This document shows positions 18,111 to 29,233 of a stretch of 32,000 nucleotides of DNA, in pieces. The stretch covers positions 4,853,426-4,885,425 of the forward strand of contig NC_003902.1 in NCBI RefSeq assembly GCF_000007145.1. The letters are read 5' to 3'. This DNA comes from Xanthomonas campestris pv. campestris str. ATCC 33913 (GTDB lineage: Bacteria > Pseudomonadota > Gammaproteobacteria > Xanthomonadales > Xanthomonadaceae). The notes beneath the pieces are model-generated. The model saw only the letters and a list, made by a program, of their open reading frames with translations. It did not search any database and was not told where the DNA came from. The stretch's first letter is position 1. Every line of letters starts with the position of its first letter. Both the position numbers and the translations under genes were made by a program.

Positions 18111-19013
18111 CTAGTCGCGCGCGTGCTCGGCAGCGCTGCCGGCCAACCAGCCAGCGGCATCGGGCAGCGGTGCATCGGCGCCGCCGCCCAATCCCGGAAA
18201 ATCAAACAGTGTGCGGTCGGCCAGCTGCTCCGGACGCACATCGCCCAGCGCGCGGGCGATCTGGTCCACGCGGCCGGGCTGCTCGCGGTCCCACTGCTGC
18301 AGCATGCGCCCGACCTGCTGGCGCTGCAGGTTTTCCTGGCTGCCGCACAGGTTGCAGGGAATGATCGGGAAGTGGCGGGCCTGCGCGTAGGCGGCGATGT
18401 CGGCCTCGCGCACATACGCCAGCGGGCGGATCACCACATGCGCGCCGTCGTCGCTGCGCAGCTTGGGCGCCATCGCCGCGAGCCGGGCGTGGTGAAACAG
18501 GTTCATGAAGAAGGTCGCCACGATGTCGTCGCGGTGATGGCCCAGCGCGATCTTGGTCACCCCGTGCGCCTGCGCGTAGGCGTACAGCGCGCCACGGCGC
18601 AGCCGCGAGCACAGCGAACACATCGTCTTGCCCTGCGGGATCACCCGGCTGACCACCGAATAGGTGTCCTGTTCGATGATGTCGAACGGCACTTGCTGGG
18701 CGCGCAGGTAGGTGGGCAGCACGTCGGCGGGAAAGTCCGGCTGCTTCTGGTCCAGGTTCACCGCCACCAGCGTGAACGGCACCGGGGCACTGCGCTGCAG
18801 CTGCAGCAGCATGTCCAGCAAGGTGTAGCTGTCCTTGCCGCCGGACAGGCAGACCATGACCTTGTCACCGGGGGCGATCATGCCGAAATCGGCAATCGCC
18901 TGCCCCACCGCGTGGCGCAGCCGCTTGGCCAGGCGCAGCGGCTCGCGCTGCAGCCGCGGGGTGCGCGGCGCGGGATCGGCCAGGGGAAGCGGCAGCGGCA
19001 GGACAGCGGTCAT
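18111..19013 (-). CDS. ttcA: tRNA 2-thiocytidine(32) synthetase TtcA
   Basis: Within ORF 18111..19565. ATG 19013..19011 gives [10 protein letters not shown]... PP-loop [11 protein letters not shown] and Fe-S cysteines in [10 protein letters not shown] and CNLCGSQ; 300 aa. Confidence 0.93.
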   Translation of the reverse strand: MTAVLPLPLPLADPAPRTPRLQREPLRLAKRLRHAVGQAIADFGMIAPGDKVMVCLSGGKDSYTLLDMLLQLQRSAPVPFTLVAVNLDQKQPDFPADVLPTYLRAQQVPFDIIEQDTYSVVSRVIPQGKTMCSLCSRLRRGALYAYAQAHGVTKIALGHHRDDIVATFFMNLFHHARLAAMAPKLRSDDGAHVVIRPLAYVREADIAAYAQARHFPIIPCNLCGSQENLQRQQVGRMLQQWDREQPGRVDQIARALGDVRPEQLADRTLFDFPGLGGGADAPLPDAAGWLAGSAAEHARD

Positions 19014-19306
19014 AAGCCGGCCATTGTAGCTGGCCGGACCGCCGCTGCCTGAGCGCCGGCCCGCTGGCGCGGTGTGACCGCGCCGATGCCGGCGATGGCC
19101 CCCGCGCCTGCCTTGGCGGCGGCCGGCCGCTGGCGGCACCGCCCCTGCGGCGATTGTGTGACAGCGCACGCGGCCACGCTGCGCATCTCGCAGCGCAGCA
19201 AGCCTTTCTGGCGCGGGCTGGGTAAAGTCGCCCGGACCGTTCGACGCAGGATCGGCATGACCCACTCGGCTTCGCTCCATGGCGCGGCTTTTTTCAGTCG
19301 CAGTTT

Positions 19307-19320
19307 TGGTAGCGCTAACA
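19307..19320. promoter_or_regulatory. XylR operator candidate (xyl-box-like palindrome TGGTAGCGCTAACA)
   Basis: 13 of 14 matches to the palindrome TGGTAGCGCTACCA, which I recall as the XylR box of the Xanthomonas xylan/xylose regulon. It lies 109 nt upstream of the xylA ATG and overlaps a possible -10 (TAACAT, 19316..19321). A LacI-type repressor gene is adjacent. Confidence 0.6.
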
Positions 19321-19428
19321 TTGCGCAATCCCCGAGCGTGCGCTGCATGCAACCCTGCTCCGCGCGCAGCACCGTCACGGCGTTGCGCGCGGCCCCATTG
19401 CCCTCTCCCTCTGCAGGAGCTTGACCCC

Positions 19429-20769
19429 ATGAGCAACACCGTTTTCATCGGCGCGAAAGAATATTTCCCCGGCATCGGCAAGATCGGCTTCGAAGGCCGC
19501 GATTCGGACAACCCGCTTGCGTTCAAGGTGTACGACGCCAACAAGCAGGTCGCCGGCAAGACCATGGCCGAGCACCTGCGCTTTGCAGTGGCTTACTGGC
19601 ACAGCTTCTGCGGCAATGGCGCCGATCCGTTCGGCCCGGGCACGCGTGCGTATCCGTGGGATGTGGGCAACACCGCGCTGGCGCGTGCCGAAGCCAAGTC
19701 CGATGCCGCGTTCGAATTCTTCACCAAGCTCGGTGTGCCGTACTACTGCTTCCACGACATCGATCTGGCGCCGGATGCGGACGACATCGGCGAGTACGAA
19801 AACAACCTCAAGCACATGGTGGGCATCGCCAAGCAGCGCCAGGCCGACACCGGCGTCAAGTTGCTGTGGGGCACCGCCAACCTGTTCTCGCACCCGCGCT
19901 ACATGAATGGTGCGTCCACCAATCCGGACTTCAACGTCGTAGCGCGCGCCGCGGTGCAGGTCAAGGCTGCGATCGATGCCACGGTGGAGCTGGGCGGCGA
20001 GAACTACGTATTCTGGGGCGGTCGCGAAGGCTACGCCTGCCTGCACAACACGCAGATGAAGCGCGAGCAGGACAACATGGCGCGCTTCCTCACCCTGGCA
20101 CGCGACTACGGGCGTGCGATCGGCTTCAAAGGCAACTTCCTGATCGAGCCCAAGCCCATGGAGCCGATGAAGCACCAGTACGATTTCGACAGCGCCACGG
20201 TGATCGGCTTCCTGCGCCAGCACGGCCTGGACCAGGATTTCAAGCTCAATATCGAAGCCAACCACGCCACGCTGTCGGGTCACAGCTTCGAGCACGACCT
20301 GCAGGTGGCCAGCGATGCCGGCCTGCTTGGCAGCATCGATGCCAACCGCGGCAACCCGCAAAACGGCTGGGATACCGACCAGTTCCCGACCGACCTGTAC
20401 GACACCGTCGGCGCGATGCTGGTGGTGCTGCGTCAGGGCGGGCTGGCACCGGGCGGGCTGAACTTCGATGCCAAGGTGCGGCGTGAATCATCCGACCCGC
20501 AGGACCTGTTCCTGGCCCACATCGGCGGCATGGACGCGTTCGCACGCGGGCTGGAAGTGGCCGACGCGCTGCTGACCTCTTCGCCGCTGGAAACCTGGCG
20601 CGCGCAGCGTTATGCCAGCTTCGACAGCGGCGCGGGCGCGGACTTTGCGAACGGCACCAGCACGTTGGCGGACCTGGCCACGTACGCCGCCGGCAAGGGC
20701 GAGCCGACGCAGCTCAGCGGCCGCCAGGAAGCCTACGAGAACCTGATCAATCAGTACCTGACGCGTTGA
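19429..20769 (+). CDS. xylA: Xylose isomerase
   Basis: Within ORF 19279..20769. ATG 19429 has CAGGAG 9 nt upstream. Hallmarks [40 protein letters not shown]; 446 aa. Confidence 0.97.
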   Translation: MSNTVFIGAKEYFPGIGKIGFEGRDSDNPLAFKVYDANKQVAGKTMAEHLRFAVAYWHSFCGNGADPFGPGTRAYPWDVGNTALARAEAKSDAAFEFFTKLGVPYYCFHDIDLAPDADDIGEYENNLKHMVGIAKQRQADTGVKLLWGTANLFSHPRYMNGASTNPDFNVVARAAVQVKAAIDATVELGGENYVFWGGREGYACLHNTQMKREQDNMARFLTLARDYGRAIGFKGNFLIEPKPMEPMKHQYDFDSATVIGFLRQHGLDQDFKLNIEANHATLSGHSFEHDLQVASDAGLLGSIDANRGNPQNGWDTDQFPTDLYDTVGAMLVVLRQGGLAPGGLNFDAKVRRESSDPQDLFLAHIGGMDAFARGLEVADALLTSSPLETWRAQRYASFDSGAGADFANGTSTLADLATYAAGKGEPTQLSGRQEAYENLINQYLTR

Positions 20770-20775
20770 TGCCTC

Positions 20776-20812
20776 GCTGCTGCTCGCCCAGTGCATCGGG
20801 CGAGCAGGCAGC
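20776..20812. terminator. Hairpin between convergent xylA and xylR (possible bidirectional terminator)
   Basis: A 10-bp perfect stem ctgctcgccc (20780..20789) / gggcgagcag (20798..20807) with an 8-nt loop, extendable by 4 bp with one bulge. No clear U-tract on either side. Confidence 0.5.
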
Positions 20813-20838
20813 AGTTGCCGTGACGCTGGCGACAGCGT

Positions 20839-21954
20839 TTACGGCCCGGCGGAGGGCTGCTCTGCCGCGTCGGCTGCCGGTGCAGCCACCGAATCCCGCT
20901 TGACCAGCAGGTGTGCGACCACATGATCGACCATCGTCCGCGCGGGCCGCTCCTTGGCGCGAATCGTCTTCAACAAGATGTCCAATGCGGCATCGGCCAT
21001 GGCGGCGATCGGCTGCTGCACGGTGGTGAGCTCCGGCCACACCGCGGTGGCGGCAGAGGTATCGTCGAAGCCGACCACCGACAGATCACGCGGCACATCC
21101 AGCCCACGCCGGTGCGCGACCGAAATCGCAGCGGCGGCCATGTCGTCGTTGCTGGCGAAGATGGCGCTGGGGCGCCGCTTGCGTGCGAGCAATTTTTCGG
21201 CCGCAAGCAGACCCGAGCGGTAGGTGTAGTCGCCGGGTTGCACCAGGTGACGATCCAGGCGCAGGCCAGCATCGGACAGCGCGGCCTGGAATCCTTCAAA
21301 ACGCCGCGTGCTGGCCGACAGGTTCGGGTGGCCGGCGATATAGCCGATGCGCGTGTGGCCCTGCGCGATCAGATGCTCGGTGATTTCCTTGGCAGCGGCG
21401 AATTCGTCGATGCGCACGCAGGCCACATCCGGGCTGAAATGGTTGGAGGCGATTGCCACCACCGGCACCTTGGCACGCACCAGTTCCAGCACCGCCGCCT
21501 TGGATTCGCACAACGGCGGCGGCAGGATCACACCGGCCACGCCCTTGGCGAGCTTGCGTGCAGCCTTGCGCTCGGCATCGGCGTCCAGATCGTCCCAGCA
21601 GTCGATGACCAGCTGGATCGAGGTGCGCGAGGCCACACGCAACACACCGAGCAGCAATTCGCGCAGATACGCACCGCTGGGGTCGCTGTAGATCAATGCG
21701 ATGCGCGTGCTCTGCGCGGCGGCCAAGGCGCTGGCAGCGAGGTTGGGGGTGTAGCCCAGTTTGTCGACCGCACGCATGACGCGCGCGCGCGTGGCATCAC
21801 GCACATTGCCGTTGCTGTTGACCACGCGCGATACCGTCATCGGCGAGACCTTGGCCAGCGCTGCCACCTCGTTGATAGTGATCGCACGGCTGGTGCGGCG
21901 GACCGATTTCCTGACCTTCTCCAAGCGTGGCCTCTTCAAATGGCTGACGAACAT
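20839..21954 (-). CDS. xylR: LacI-family transcriptional repressor, probable xylose/xylan regulator
   Basis: Within ORF 20839..22623. ATG 21954..21952. HTH ITINEVAALAKVSPMTVSRVVN followed by a periplasmic-binding-protein-like sugar domain. Its position between xylA and the GH67 operon matches the Xanthomonas xylR locus as I remember it. Confidence 0.85.
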   Translation of the reverse strand: MFVSHLKRPRLEKVRKSVRRTSRAITINEVAALAKVSPMTVSRVVNSNGNVRDATRARVMRAVDKLGYTPNLAASALAAAQSTRIALIYSDPSGAYLRELLLGVLRVASRTSIQLVIDCWDDLDADAERKAARKLAKGVAGVILPPPLCESKAAVLELVRAKVPVVAIASNHFSPDVACVRIDEFAAAKEITEHLIAQGHTRIGYIAGHPNLSASTRRFEGFQAALSDAGLRLDRHLVQPGDYTYRSGLLAAEKLLARKRRPSAIFASNDDMAAAAISVAHRRGLDVPRDLSVVGFDDTSAATAVWPELTTVQQPIAAMADAALDILLKTIRAKERPARTMVDHVVAHLLVKRDSVAAPAADAAEQPSAGP

Positions 21955-22085
21955 GCGGTATGCAAGCGCACCGCGGCGCTGGTGCAGCGGCGAGCAACGC
22001 GCCTGGCTGTGCGTCGCATGGTACCGGGAAGCAGGCAGAGCGGCGACAGGCACGCACATCACGATCAGGCAACCGGATGCAAGGT

Positions 22086-24296
22086 ATGAGCGCACGCATG
22101 ACCAGGAAATTTGTGCGGCGCACGCAGGCCGCCTGCGCGCATTGGCTGCTGCTGGCGTTGCTGGTGTGCAGCGCGGTGTTGCCGGCGATGACCGCGCATG
22201 CCGAAAACGGCTACGATTTATGGTTGCGCTACCATTTATTGCCCGATGCGGCACAGAAGCAAGGCAGCGCGCGCGAATTGGTCGTGCTGGGCGCAACGCC
22301 CACGCTGCAGGCAGCCGGTGACGAGCTGCAGCGCGGCCTGCACGGTCTGCTCGGTGTGGCGCCGACGCTGACGCAAGCGGCCACGCGCGATGGCGCGATC
22401 GTGCTGGGGACCGCGCAGACACCGCAGATTGCCGCGTTGGGCCTGGCAACCCAGGCGCTGGGGCGTGAGGGTTACCTGATCCGCAGCACGCGCGTGGATG
22501 GCCACCAGGCGACGGTGATTGTCGGCGGCAGCGATGTGGGCGTGCTGTACGGCGCGTTCCATCTGCTGCGGCTGGTGCAGACCGGGCAGTCGCTGAGCGC
22601 GCTGAATCTCCGGCAGACGCCACGGCTGCAGCTGCGCCTGCTCAATCACTGGGACAACCTGGATGGCGTGGTGGAGCGTGGCTATGCCGGCGCCTCCTTG
22701 TGGAACTGGCAGACCCTGCCCGGCTACCTGGACCCGCGCTACACCGACTATGCACGCGCCAACGCCTCGCTCGGCATCAACGGCACGGTGCTCAACAACG
22801 TCAACGCCAAAGCGTGGAGCCTGACGCCGCAGTATCTGGACAAGGCCGCGGCGCTGGCCACGGTGTTTCGCCCCTATGGCATCCGCGTGTTTCTCAGCGC
22901 GCGCTTCAGTGCACCGATCGAGATTGGCGGTTTGAAGACCGCCGACCCACTGGACCCGCAGGTGCAGCGTTGGTGGCGTGAAACGGCCGATGCGATCTAT
23001 GCGCGCATCCCTGATTTTGGCGGGTTCTTGGTCAAGGCCAATTCCGAAGGCCAGCCGGGCCCCCAGGATTACGGCCGCAGCCACGCCGACGGTGCCAACC
23101 TGCTTGCCGATGCACTGGCGCCGCACGGCGGCGTGGTGATGTGGCGTGCGTTCGTCTATTCGCACGAGCAGCCGGACGACCGCGCCAAGCAGGCGTATAG
23201 CGAATTCCTGCCGCTGGATGGCACGTTCCGCGACAACGTGATCGTGCAGGTGAAGAACGGTGCGATCGATTTCCAGCCGCGCGAGCCGTTCCATCCGTTG
23301 TTCGGTGCAATGCGCAAGACGCCGCTGATGCCGGAGTTCCAGATCACCAAGGAGTATCTAGGCTTCTCCACGCATGTGGCCTACCTGGGCAGCCTGTTCT
23401 CCGAAACGCTGCAGGCCGATACCTATGCGCGCGGCAAGGGCTCGACCGTGGCAAAGACGGTCGATGGCAGCCTGTTCAAGGCCACCACGCGCTCGCCGCT
23501 GACCGGGATCGCCGGGGTGGCCAACATCGGGGCGGATCGCAACTGGAGCGGCTCGATCTTCGACCAGGCCAACTGGTATGCGTTCGGAAGGCTGGCCTGG
23601 GATCCGGACCTACGCCCGGAAGCGATCGCGCAGGAATGGGTGCGCATGAGCTTTTCCAACGACAGCGCGGTGGTCACGCCGGTGGTGGACCTGTTGCTGC
23701 GCTCGCGCGAGGCGGTGGTGGATTACATGACTCCGCTCGGCCTGCATCATCTGATGGGGCGTGGCCATCATTACGGTCCGGCGCCGTGGGATGCCGGCAG
23801 CGAGCGCCCGGACTGGGACCCGGTGTATTACCACCGTGCTGATCACAACGGGATTGGATTTGATCGCAGTGCCAGTGGCAGCAATGCGGCTGCGCAATAT
23901 GCCGCGCCGGTGGCGCGCGTGTTCGGCAACGTGCAACGCGTGCCCGAGCGTTACCTGCTGTGGTTCCACCACGCGCCATGGGACCACCGCATGGCCTCGG
24001 GGCGGCCGCTGTGGGACGAGCTGGTGTGGCATTACGACCACGGTGTGGATGAAGTGCAGCAGATGCGTGCAACGTGGCAGCAGCTGCACGGCCGCATCGA
24101 TGCGCAGCGTTACCAGCAGATCGCAGCGTTTTTGGCGATCCAGCAGGACGAGGCGCAGTGGTGGCGCGATGCCAGCATTGCGTATTTCCAGCAGGTGTCC
24201 GGCCGTGCGTTGCCGGCTGGCACGGCGCCACCGGCGCATCCGCTGGCGTACTACCAGGCGCTGAAGTTTCCATACGCACCGGGGAACCCGAAATGA
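22086..24296 (+). CDS. aguA: GH67 alpha-glucuronidase
   Basis: Within ORF 21960..24296. The signal peptide ends ...AMTAHA, and the mature N-terminus ENGYDLWLRY is typical of GH67. Length is about 730 aa. Start candidates are ATG 22077, 22086 and 22098. Confidence 0.9.
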   Translation: MSARMTRKFVRRTQAACAHWLLLALLVCSAVLPAMTAHAENGYDLWLRYHLLPDAAQKQGSARELVVLGATPTLQAAGDELQRGLHGLLGVAPTLTQAATRDGAIVLGTAQTPQIAALGLATQALGREGYLIRSTRVDGHQATVIVGGSDVGVLYGAFHLLRLVQTGQSLSALNLRQTPRLQLRLLNHWDNLDGVVERGYAGASLWNWQTLPGYLDPRYTDYARANASLGINGTVLNNVNAKAWSLTPQYLDKAAALATVFRPYGIRVFLSARFSAPIEIGGLKTADPLDPQVQRWWRETADAIYARIPDFGGFLVKANSEGQPGPQDYGRSHADGANLLADALAPHGGVVMWRAFVYSHEQPDDRAKQAYSEFLPLDGTFRDNVIVQVKNGAIDFQPREPFHPLFGAMRKTPLMPEFQITKEYLGFSTHVAYLGSLFSETLQADTYARGKGSTVAKTVDGSLFKATTRSPLTGIAGVANIGADRNWSGSIFDQANWYAFGRLAWDPDLRPEAIAQEWVRMSFSNDSAVVTPVVDLLLRSREAVVDYMTPLGLHHLMGRGHHYGPAPWDAGSERPDWDPVYYHRADHNGIGFDRSASGSNAAAQYAAPVARVFGNVQRVPERYLLWFHHAPWDHRMASGRPLWDELVWHYDHGVDEVQQMRATWQQLHGRIDAQRYQQIAAFLAIQQDEAQWWRDASIAYFQQVSGRALPAGTAPPAHPLAYYQALKFPYAPGNPK

Positions 24297-26257
24297 GTGC
24301 ACGGACACGGGTGGCATTGATCGCGGCGCTGGGCGTGTTGCTCGCACCTTCCCATGCAGCGGCGGCCGATGCGCCATTGCTGCATGCGTTATTCCAGCCG
24401 CACATGGTGCTGCAACGTGATGCGCCGATCCGCCTGTGGGGCGATGCACCGGCCGGCGAACAGGTGACGCTGCGCCTGGGCGAGCAGCAGGTGCAGGTGC
24501 GTGCCGACCGCCAGGGACATTGGCAGGCACGCCTGCCGGCGCGCGCCGCCGGTGGCCCATACACGCTGAGTGCGCGCAGTGCAGGCGGCGTGACCCAGCA
24601 ACTGGACGATGTGCTGGTGGGCGATGTCTGGCTGTGCTCGGGCCAGTCCAACATGGAGCTGCAGGTGCATCGCACGCTGGATTCCCGCAGCGAAATCGCC
24701 GACGCCGATCACCCCAGCATCCGCATGTTCAAGGTGCCGGCGCAGTCCAGCCCGACCCCGCAACGCAGCTTCGGGGGCGCTGCCGTCTGGCAACCCACCA
24801 CGCCTGAGACGGTGAAAGATTTTTCTGCGGCTTGCTATTACTTTGCACGCGAACTGCAGAAGACCGTGGCGGTGCCGATGGGCTTGATCAATGCTTCGTG
24901 GGGCGGCTCGCAACTGCAGGCGTGGATCGGTGACGCCGCACTGCGCGCGGCCGGCGACGATGGTCCGGCGCTGGACGTGCTGGCGCGTTACGCCACCAGC
25001 CCGACCGATGCAGCGCCACGCTGGGGCAAATTGTGGGAAACCTGGTGGCGTGCGCATGGCGATGGCGCGCCGTGGCAGCCGGATGCGCCGGGCGCATGGC
25101 AACCCGCGCCGGCCACGCTCGGTGCCTGGGACGAGTGGGGCGTGCCACAGCTGGTCGGTTTCAATGGCATGGTCTGGTACCGCAGCACTGTCGAGCTGAC
25201 CGCGGCGCAGGCCGCGCAGGACGCCACGCTGCTCCTCGGGCCGGTGGACGAACTGGACCAGACCTGGGTCAACGGCCATGCGGTGGGCAGCAGCTACGGC
25301 GCCGACCAGCCGCGCCGCTACAGCGTGCCACGCGGGCAGCTGCAGGCCGGGCGCAACAGCATTGTGCTCAACGTGCTCAACACCTACCGCCGTGGTGGGT
25401 TACTGGGCGATGCGTCCTCGCGTGCGCTGCAGTTTGCCGACGGCAGCCGCGTGCCGCTGGACCGCCCCTGGCAGTACCAACGCGTGCCGGCCGCAGTGGG
25501 CATGCCGCCCCGCGCGCCCTGGTCGTCGGCGGCCGGGCTGACCACCTTGTACAACGGCATGATCGCCCCGCTCGGCCAGCTGGGCCTGCGCGGCGTGCTC
25601 TGGTACCAGGGCGAGTCCAATGCCGGCGATGCGGCGCACTACCCGGCCTTGCTCGACGCCTGGCGGCGCGACTGGCGGCAGCGCTTCGGCGCGCAGTTGC
25701 CGCTGCTGGTGGTGCAGCTGGCCAACTACGGCATGCCGCCTACCGAACCGGTGGAAAGCGGCTGGGCACAGCTCCGCGAAGCGCAGCGCCGCTTCGTGGC
25801 TGGCGATGCGCATGCCGGGCTGGCGGTGGCCATCGATATCGGCGACCGCTACGACATTCATCCGGCCAACAAACAGGAGCTGGGCCGCCGCCTGGCACAT
25901 GCGGCGCGGCATGTGGTGTATGGCGAGGCGATTGCCGCTTCCGGCCCGGTACCGCGCGATGTGCAACGCGATGGCGAGGCACTGCGCGTGCGCTTCGATG
26001 CCGTGGACACCGCCTTGCAAAGCTACAGCGCCAGCGCGCCGATCGGCTTCGAGGTCTGCGGCGCGGCCAGCGGCAGTTGCCACTACGCGCCGGCCAGCGT
26101 GCACGGTGACACCGTGACGCTGCGCGTGCCGGCCGACCTGCAGGCCACGCGCGTGCGCTACTGCTGGGCCGACAGCCCGGTGTGCACCTTGTACGACCGC
26201 AGCGGCCTGCCTGCAGGCCCGTTCGAACTTCCCATCACTGCCGCCACTTCCCGATGA
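24293..26257 (+). CDS. SASA-family (sialate O-acetylesterase-like, SGNH) carbohydrate acetylesterase, probable acetylxylan esterase
   Basis: Within ORF 24074..26257. ATG 24293 overlaps the GH67 stop (ATGA). Signal peptide [24 protein letters not shown]. Motifs [13 protein letters not shown] and VLWYQGESN, with a beta-sandwich-like insert between the esterase halves. Confidence 0.85.
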   Translation: MSARTRVALIAALGVLLAPSHAAAADAPLLHALFQPHMVLQRDAPIRLWGDAPAGEQVTLRLGEQQVQVRADRQGHWQARLPARAAGGPYTLSARSAGGVTQQLDDVLVGDVWLCSGQSNMELQVHRTLDSRSEIADADHPSIRMFKVPAQSSPTPQRSFGGAAVWQPTTPETVKDFSAACYYFARELQKTVAVPMGLINASWGGSQLQAWIGDAALRAAGDDGPALDVLARYATSPTDAAPRWGKLWETWWRAHGDGAPWQPDAPGAWQPAPATLGAWDEWGVPQLVGFNGMVWYRSTVELTAAQAAQDATLLLGPVDELDQTWVNGHAVGSSYGADQPRRYSVPRGQLQAGRNSIVLNVLNTYRRGGLLGDASSRALQFADGSRVPLDRPWQYQRVPAAVGMPPRAPWSSAAGLTTLYNGMIAPLGQLGLRGVLWYQGESNAGDAAHYPALLDAWRRDWRQRFGAQLPLLVVQLANYGMPPTEPVESGWAQLREAQRRFVAGDAHAGLAVAIDIGDRYDIHPANKQELGRRLAHAARHVVYGEAIAASGPVPRDVQRDGEALRVRFDAVDTALQSYSASAPIGFEVCGAASGSCHYAPASVHGDTVTLRVPADLQATRVRYCWADSPVCTLYDRSGLPAGPFELPITAATSR

Positions 26258-27528
26258 GCGAGACCCCGATGTCACAGACCGTCGACTCCCCCTCCCCGCT
26301 GCAAGGCTCGGCCCGCGATCGCGAGATCGTCGAGGCGCGCGTCATCGTCACCTGCCCGGGGCGCAACTTCGTCACCTTGAAGATCCGCACCCGCTCGGGC
26401 ATCACCGGGCTTGGCGATGCCACGCTCAACGGCCGCGAACTGGCGGTGGCGGCGTACCTGCAGGAACACCTGGTGCCGAACCTGATTGGCCGCGATGCCG
26501 GGCGTATCGAGGACATCTGGCAGTTCTTCTACCGCGGTGCGTACTGGCGGCGCGGGCCGGTGACGATGAGCGCGATTGCCGCAGTAGATGTGGCGTTGTG
26601 GGACATCCTGGGCAAGATGGCCGGCCTGCCGCTGTATCAGTTGCTGGGCGGGCGCTCGCGCGAAGGCGCGCTGGTCTACGGCCACGCCAACGGCCGCGAC
26701 ATCGCCGAAACCAGCGACGAGGTGGGCCGCTTCCGCGAGATGGGCTTTATCGCCATCCGCGCGCAATGCGGCGTGCCCGGCATCAAGAAGACCTACGGCA
26801 TCTCAAGCGGTGGCAAGCCGTACGAGCCGGCCGAGAGCGAATTGCCCACCGAAACCGTGTGGTCCACGCCGCGCTACCTGGGGGTGGTGCCGAAGTTGTT
26901 CGAGCAGCTGCGCGCCGACCACGGCGATGAGATCGAATTGCTGCACGATGCGCATCACCGCCTCACACCGATCGAAGCTGCGCGCCTGGGTCGCGACCTG
27001 GAGCCGTACCGCCTGTTCTGGCTGGAGGACGCCACCCCGGCGGAAAACCAGCGCGCGTTCGAAGTGATTCGCCAGCACACGGTAACGCCGCTGGCGGTGG
27101 GCGAGGTGTTCAATTCGCTCTGGGACTGCAAGCACCTGATCGAGCAACAGCTGATCGACTACATCCGCACCACCATTGTCCATGCCGGCGGCATCACGCA
27201 TGTGCGCAGGCTGGCCGATTTTGCCGCGCTGCATCAGGTGCGCACCGGCTTCCACGGCGCCACCGATCTGTCGCCGGTGTGCATGGGCGCGGCCCTGCAC
27301 TTCGACACCTGGGTGCCCAATTTCGGTATCCAGGAATACATGTTCCATTCCGACGAGGCCAATGCGGTGTTCCCGCACGACTACGTGTTCCGCGACGGGC
27401 GCCTGCATTGCGGGGAAACGCCCGGGCATGGCGTGGACATCGATGAAACCCTGGCCGCGAAGTACCCCTACGTGCCCAAGCAGTTGCCGATCGCGCGTCT
27501 GGAAGACGGCGCGATGTGGGACTGGTGA
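26254..27528 (+). CDS. manD: D-mannonate dehydratase of the enolase superfamily (ManD type)
   Basis: Within ORF 26182..27528. ATG 26254 overlaps the esterase stop (ATGA); an alternative ATG lies at 26269. It is near-colinear with the characterised Novosphingobium ManD as I recall it ([59 protein letters not shown]). No signal peptide. Confidence 0.88.
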   Translation: MSETPMSQTVDSPSPLQGSARDREIVEARVIVTCPGRNFVTLKIRTRSGITGLGDATLNGRELAVAAYLQEHLVPNLIGRDAGRIEDIWQFFYRGAYWRRGPVTMSAIAAVDVALWDILGKMAGLPLYQLLGGRSREGALVYGHANGRDIAETSDEVGRFREMGFIAIRAQCGVPGIKKTYGISSGGKPYEPAESELPTETVWSTPRYLGVVPKLFEQLRADHGDEIELLHDAHHRLTPIEAARLGRDLEPYRLFWLEDATPAENQRAFEVIRQHTVTPLAVGEVFNSLWDCKHLIEQQLIDYIRTTIVHAGGITHVRRLADFAALHQVRTGFHGATDLSPVCMGAALHFDTWVPNFGIQEYMFHSDEANAVFPHDYVFRDGRLHCGETPGHGVDIDETLAAKYPYVPKQLPIARLEDGAMWDW

Positions 27529-27533
27529 GGCGC

Positions 27534-29231
27534 ATGCGTGCCTTACTGCTGGCTGTAAGCGTGGCGTTGGTCGCGCCGCTGGCGGCGTATGCGCAGCCAG
27601 CGGCGCCGAAGCAGGCCGTGGCGTTCGACTGGTTCGAGTACCGCGGCGATGACCCGGTGTTCGCAACGCCACTGCCCGCCGGGCATTATCGCAATCCGAT
27701 CCTGGCCGGGTTCTATCCCGACCCCAGCATCACGCGCGTGGGCGAGCGCTATTACCTGGTCAATTCCACCTTTGCGTATTTCCCGGCGATTCCGGTGTTC
27801 GAGAGCACGGACCTGGTGCATTGGACGCAGGTCGGCAATGTGGTCGAGCGGCGTGAGCAGCTCGATTACGATGGCCTGGGCGTGTCGCGCGGCATGTTCG
27901 CCGCCAGCATCCGCCACCATGCCGGGCGGTTCTATGTGGTGGGCACCGCGGTGGACAGCGGCGGCAACTTCATTGCCAGCGCGACCAGTGCGGCCGGGCC
28001 GTGGTCCACGCTCAGCTGGCTGCCCGGCGTGGACGGCATCGACCCGTCGTTGTTCTTCGATACCGATGGCAGCGCGTACCTGCTCAACAATGGCCCGCCG
28101 GAAGGCACGCCGTTGTACGAAGGCCACCGCGCCATCTGGATGCAACGGTTTGATCTGGCCACCCACCAGCCGGTGGGCCTACGCAAGGTGCTGCTCAACG
28201 GCGGCGTGGACCTGGCCAGCAAGCCGATCTGGATCGAAGGCCCGCACCTCTACCAACGCGATGGCTGGTACTACCTGTCGTGCGCCGAAGGCGGCACCGG
28301 GCCGCAGCATTCACAAGTGGTGCTGCGTAGTCGCAACGTGTGGGGCCCGTACGCGCCCGCGCCGCACAACCCCATCCTCACCCAGCGCGACCTGCCTGCC
28401 GGGCGCGCGCAGCCGATCAGCAATGCCGGCCATGTCGACCTGGTGGACACGCCCGACGGACAGTGGTGGGCGGTGTTCCTGGCCAGCCGGCCCTACGCGC
28501 ACGACCGCTACAACACCGGGCGCGAAACCTTCCTGCTGCCGGTGCAGTGGCGCGATGGCTGGCCGTCGATCCTGCCGCCGGGCGCACCGATTCCCTACGT
28601 GGCCAAGGCACCGCACGGCACGCCGGCGCGCATCGACCAAACGCCGCTGTCCGGCAACTTCACCTGGCGCGACGGGTTCGACGCCCCCACGCCGCAGCGC
28701 GAATGGCTGTCGTTGCGCGTGCCCAAGCGTGACTGGGCCGACCTGCGTGCACGCCCGGGCTGGCTCACCCTGCACGCCACACCGCAAGGACTGGCCAGCA
28801 CCGGCAACCCGGCGTTTCTGGGGCGGCGCCAGCAGCACACGCACTTCACCGCCAGCACCGCGCTGGAGTTGCCAGCCCACGCGGGCATCAGCGCCGGCCT
28901 GGCCGCGGTGCAGAATTCCAACGCGTGGTACGCGCTGGGCGTACGCCGCGATGGCGATGGCGCAGAGGTCTTCGTGGACAAGCGCGACGGCACGCGCACC
29001 ACCACCCTGGCCCGTGCGCGCATCCCGGTCACCACCGCCCCATTGCGGCTGCAGATCAGCGGCGATGGCGGGCGCTACAGCTTTGCCTTCGATGCAACCG
29101 GGCACGGCTGGCAATGGCTGCAGCGTCACGACGACGCCAGCATGCTGAGCACTGCACAGGCCGGCGGCTTTGTCGGCAGCACGATCGGACCCTTCGCCCA
29201 GCTGGACCCAGACCGCACCAAGGAGGATTGA
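27534..29231 (+). CDS. GH43 beta-xylosidase / alpha-L-arabinofuranosidase with C-terminal beta-sandwich domain
   Basis: Within ORF 27516..29231. ATG 27534 has GTGAGG 4 nt upstream and gives a signal peptide MRALLLAVSVALVAPLAAYA. Motifs NPILAGFYPDPSI and WIEGPHLYQRDGWYYL are typical of the GH43 five-bladed propeller. Confidence 0.88.
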   Translation: MRALLLAVSVALVAPLAAYAQPAAPKQAVAFDWFEYRGDDPVFATPLPAGHYRNPILAGFYPDPSITRVGERYYLVNSTFAYFPAIPVFESTDLVHWTQVGNVVERREQLDYDGLGVSRGMFAASIRHHAGRFYVVGTAVDSGGNFIASATSAAGPWSTLSWLPGVDGIDPSLFFDTDGSAYLLNNGPPEGTPLYEGHRAIWMQRFDLATHQPVGLRKVLLNGGVDLASKPIWIEGPHLYQRDGWYYLSCAEGGTGPQHSQVVLRSRNVWGPYAPAPHNPILTQRDLPAGRAQPISNAGHVDLVDTPDGQWWAVFLASRPYAHDRYNTGRETFLLPVQWRDGWPSILPPGAPIPYVAKAPHGTPARIDQTPLSGNFTWRDGFDAPTPQREWLSLRVPKRDWADLRARPGWLTLHATPQGLASTGNPAFLGRRQQHTHFTASTALELPAHAGISAGLAAVQNSNAWYALGVRRDGDGAEVFVDKRDGTRTTTLARARIPVTTAPLRLQISGDGGRYSFAFDATGHGWQWLQRHDDASMLSTAQAGGFVGSTIGPFAQLDPDRTKED

Positions 29232-29233
29232 GC

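Noticed and set aside
19240-19275. Two TTCG motifs (TTCGA at 19240, TTCGC at 19271) reminiscent of an HrpX PIP box
   Set aside because: The spacing is 26 nt, not the canonical 15 nt, and no properly spaced -10 follows.
19278-19296. T-run (gcggcttttttc) that might mark an intrinsic terminator or small RNA end upstream of xylA
   Set aside because: The preceding inverted repeat (cgctccatggcgcg) would form only a mismatched stem with a 2-nt loop. The run is more simply an AT-rich promoter-upstream element.
22086-22205. Twin-arginine (Tat) signal on the GH67 enzyme (KFVRRTQAAC), noted because tatABC is in the same window
   Set aside because: The residues after RR (T-Q-A) do not fit the hydrophobic positions of the Tat consensus. 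The peptide is equally compatible with Sec export. Co-location with tatABC, about 10 kb away among unrelated genes, is not evidence.
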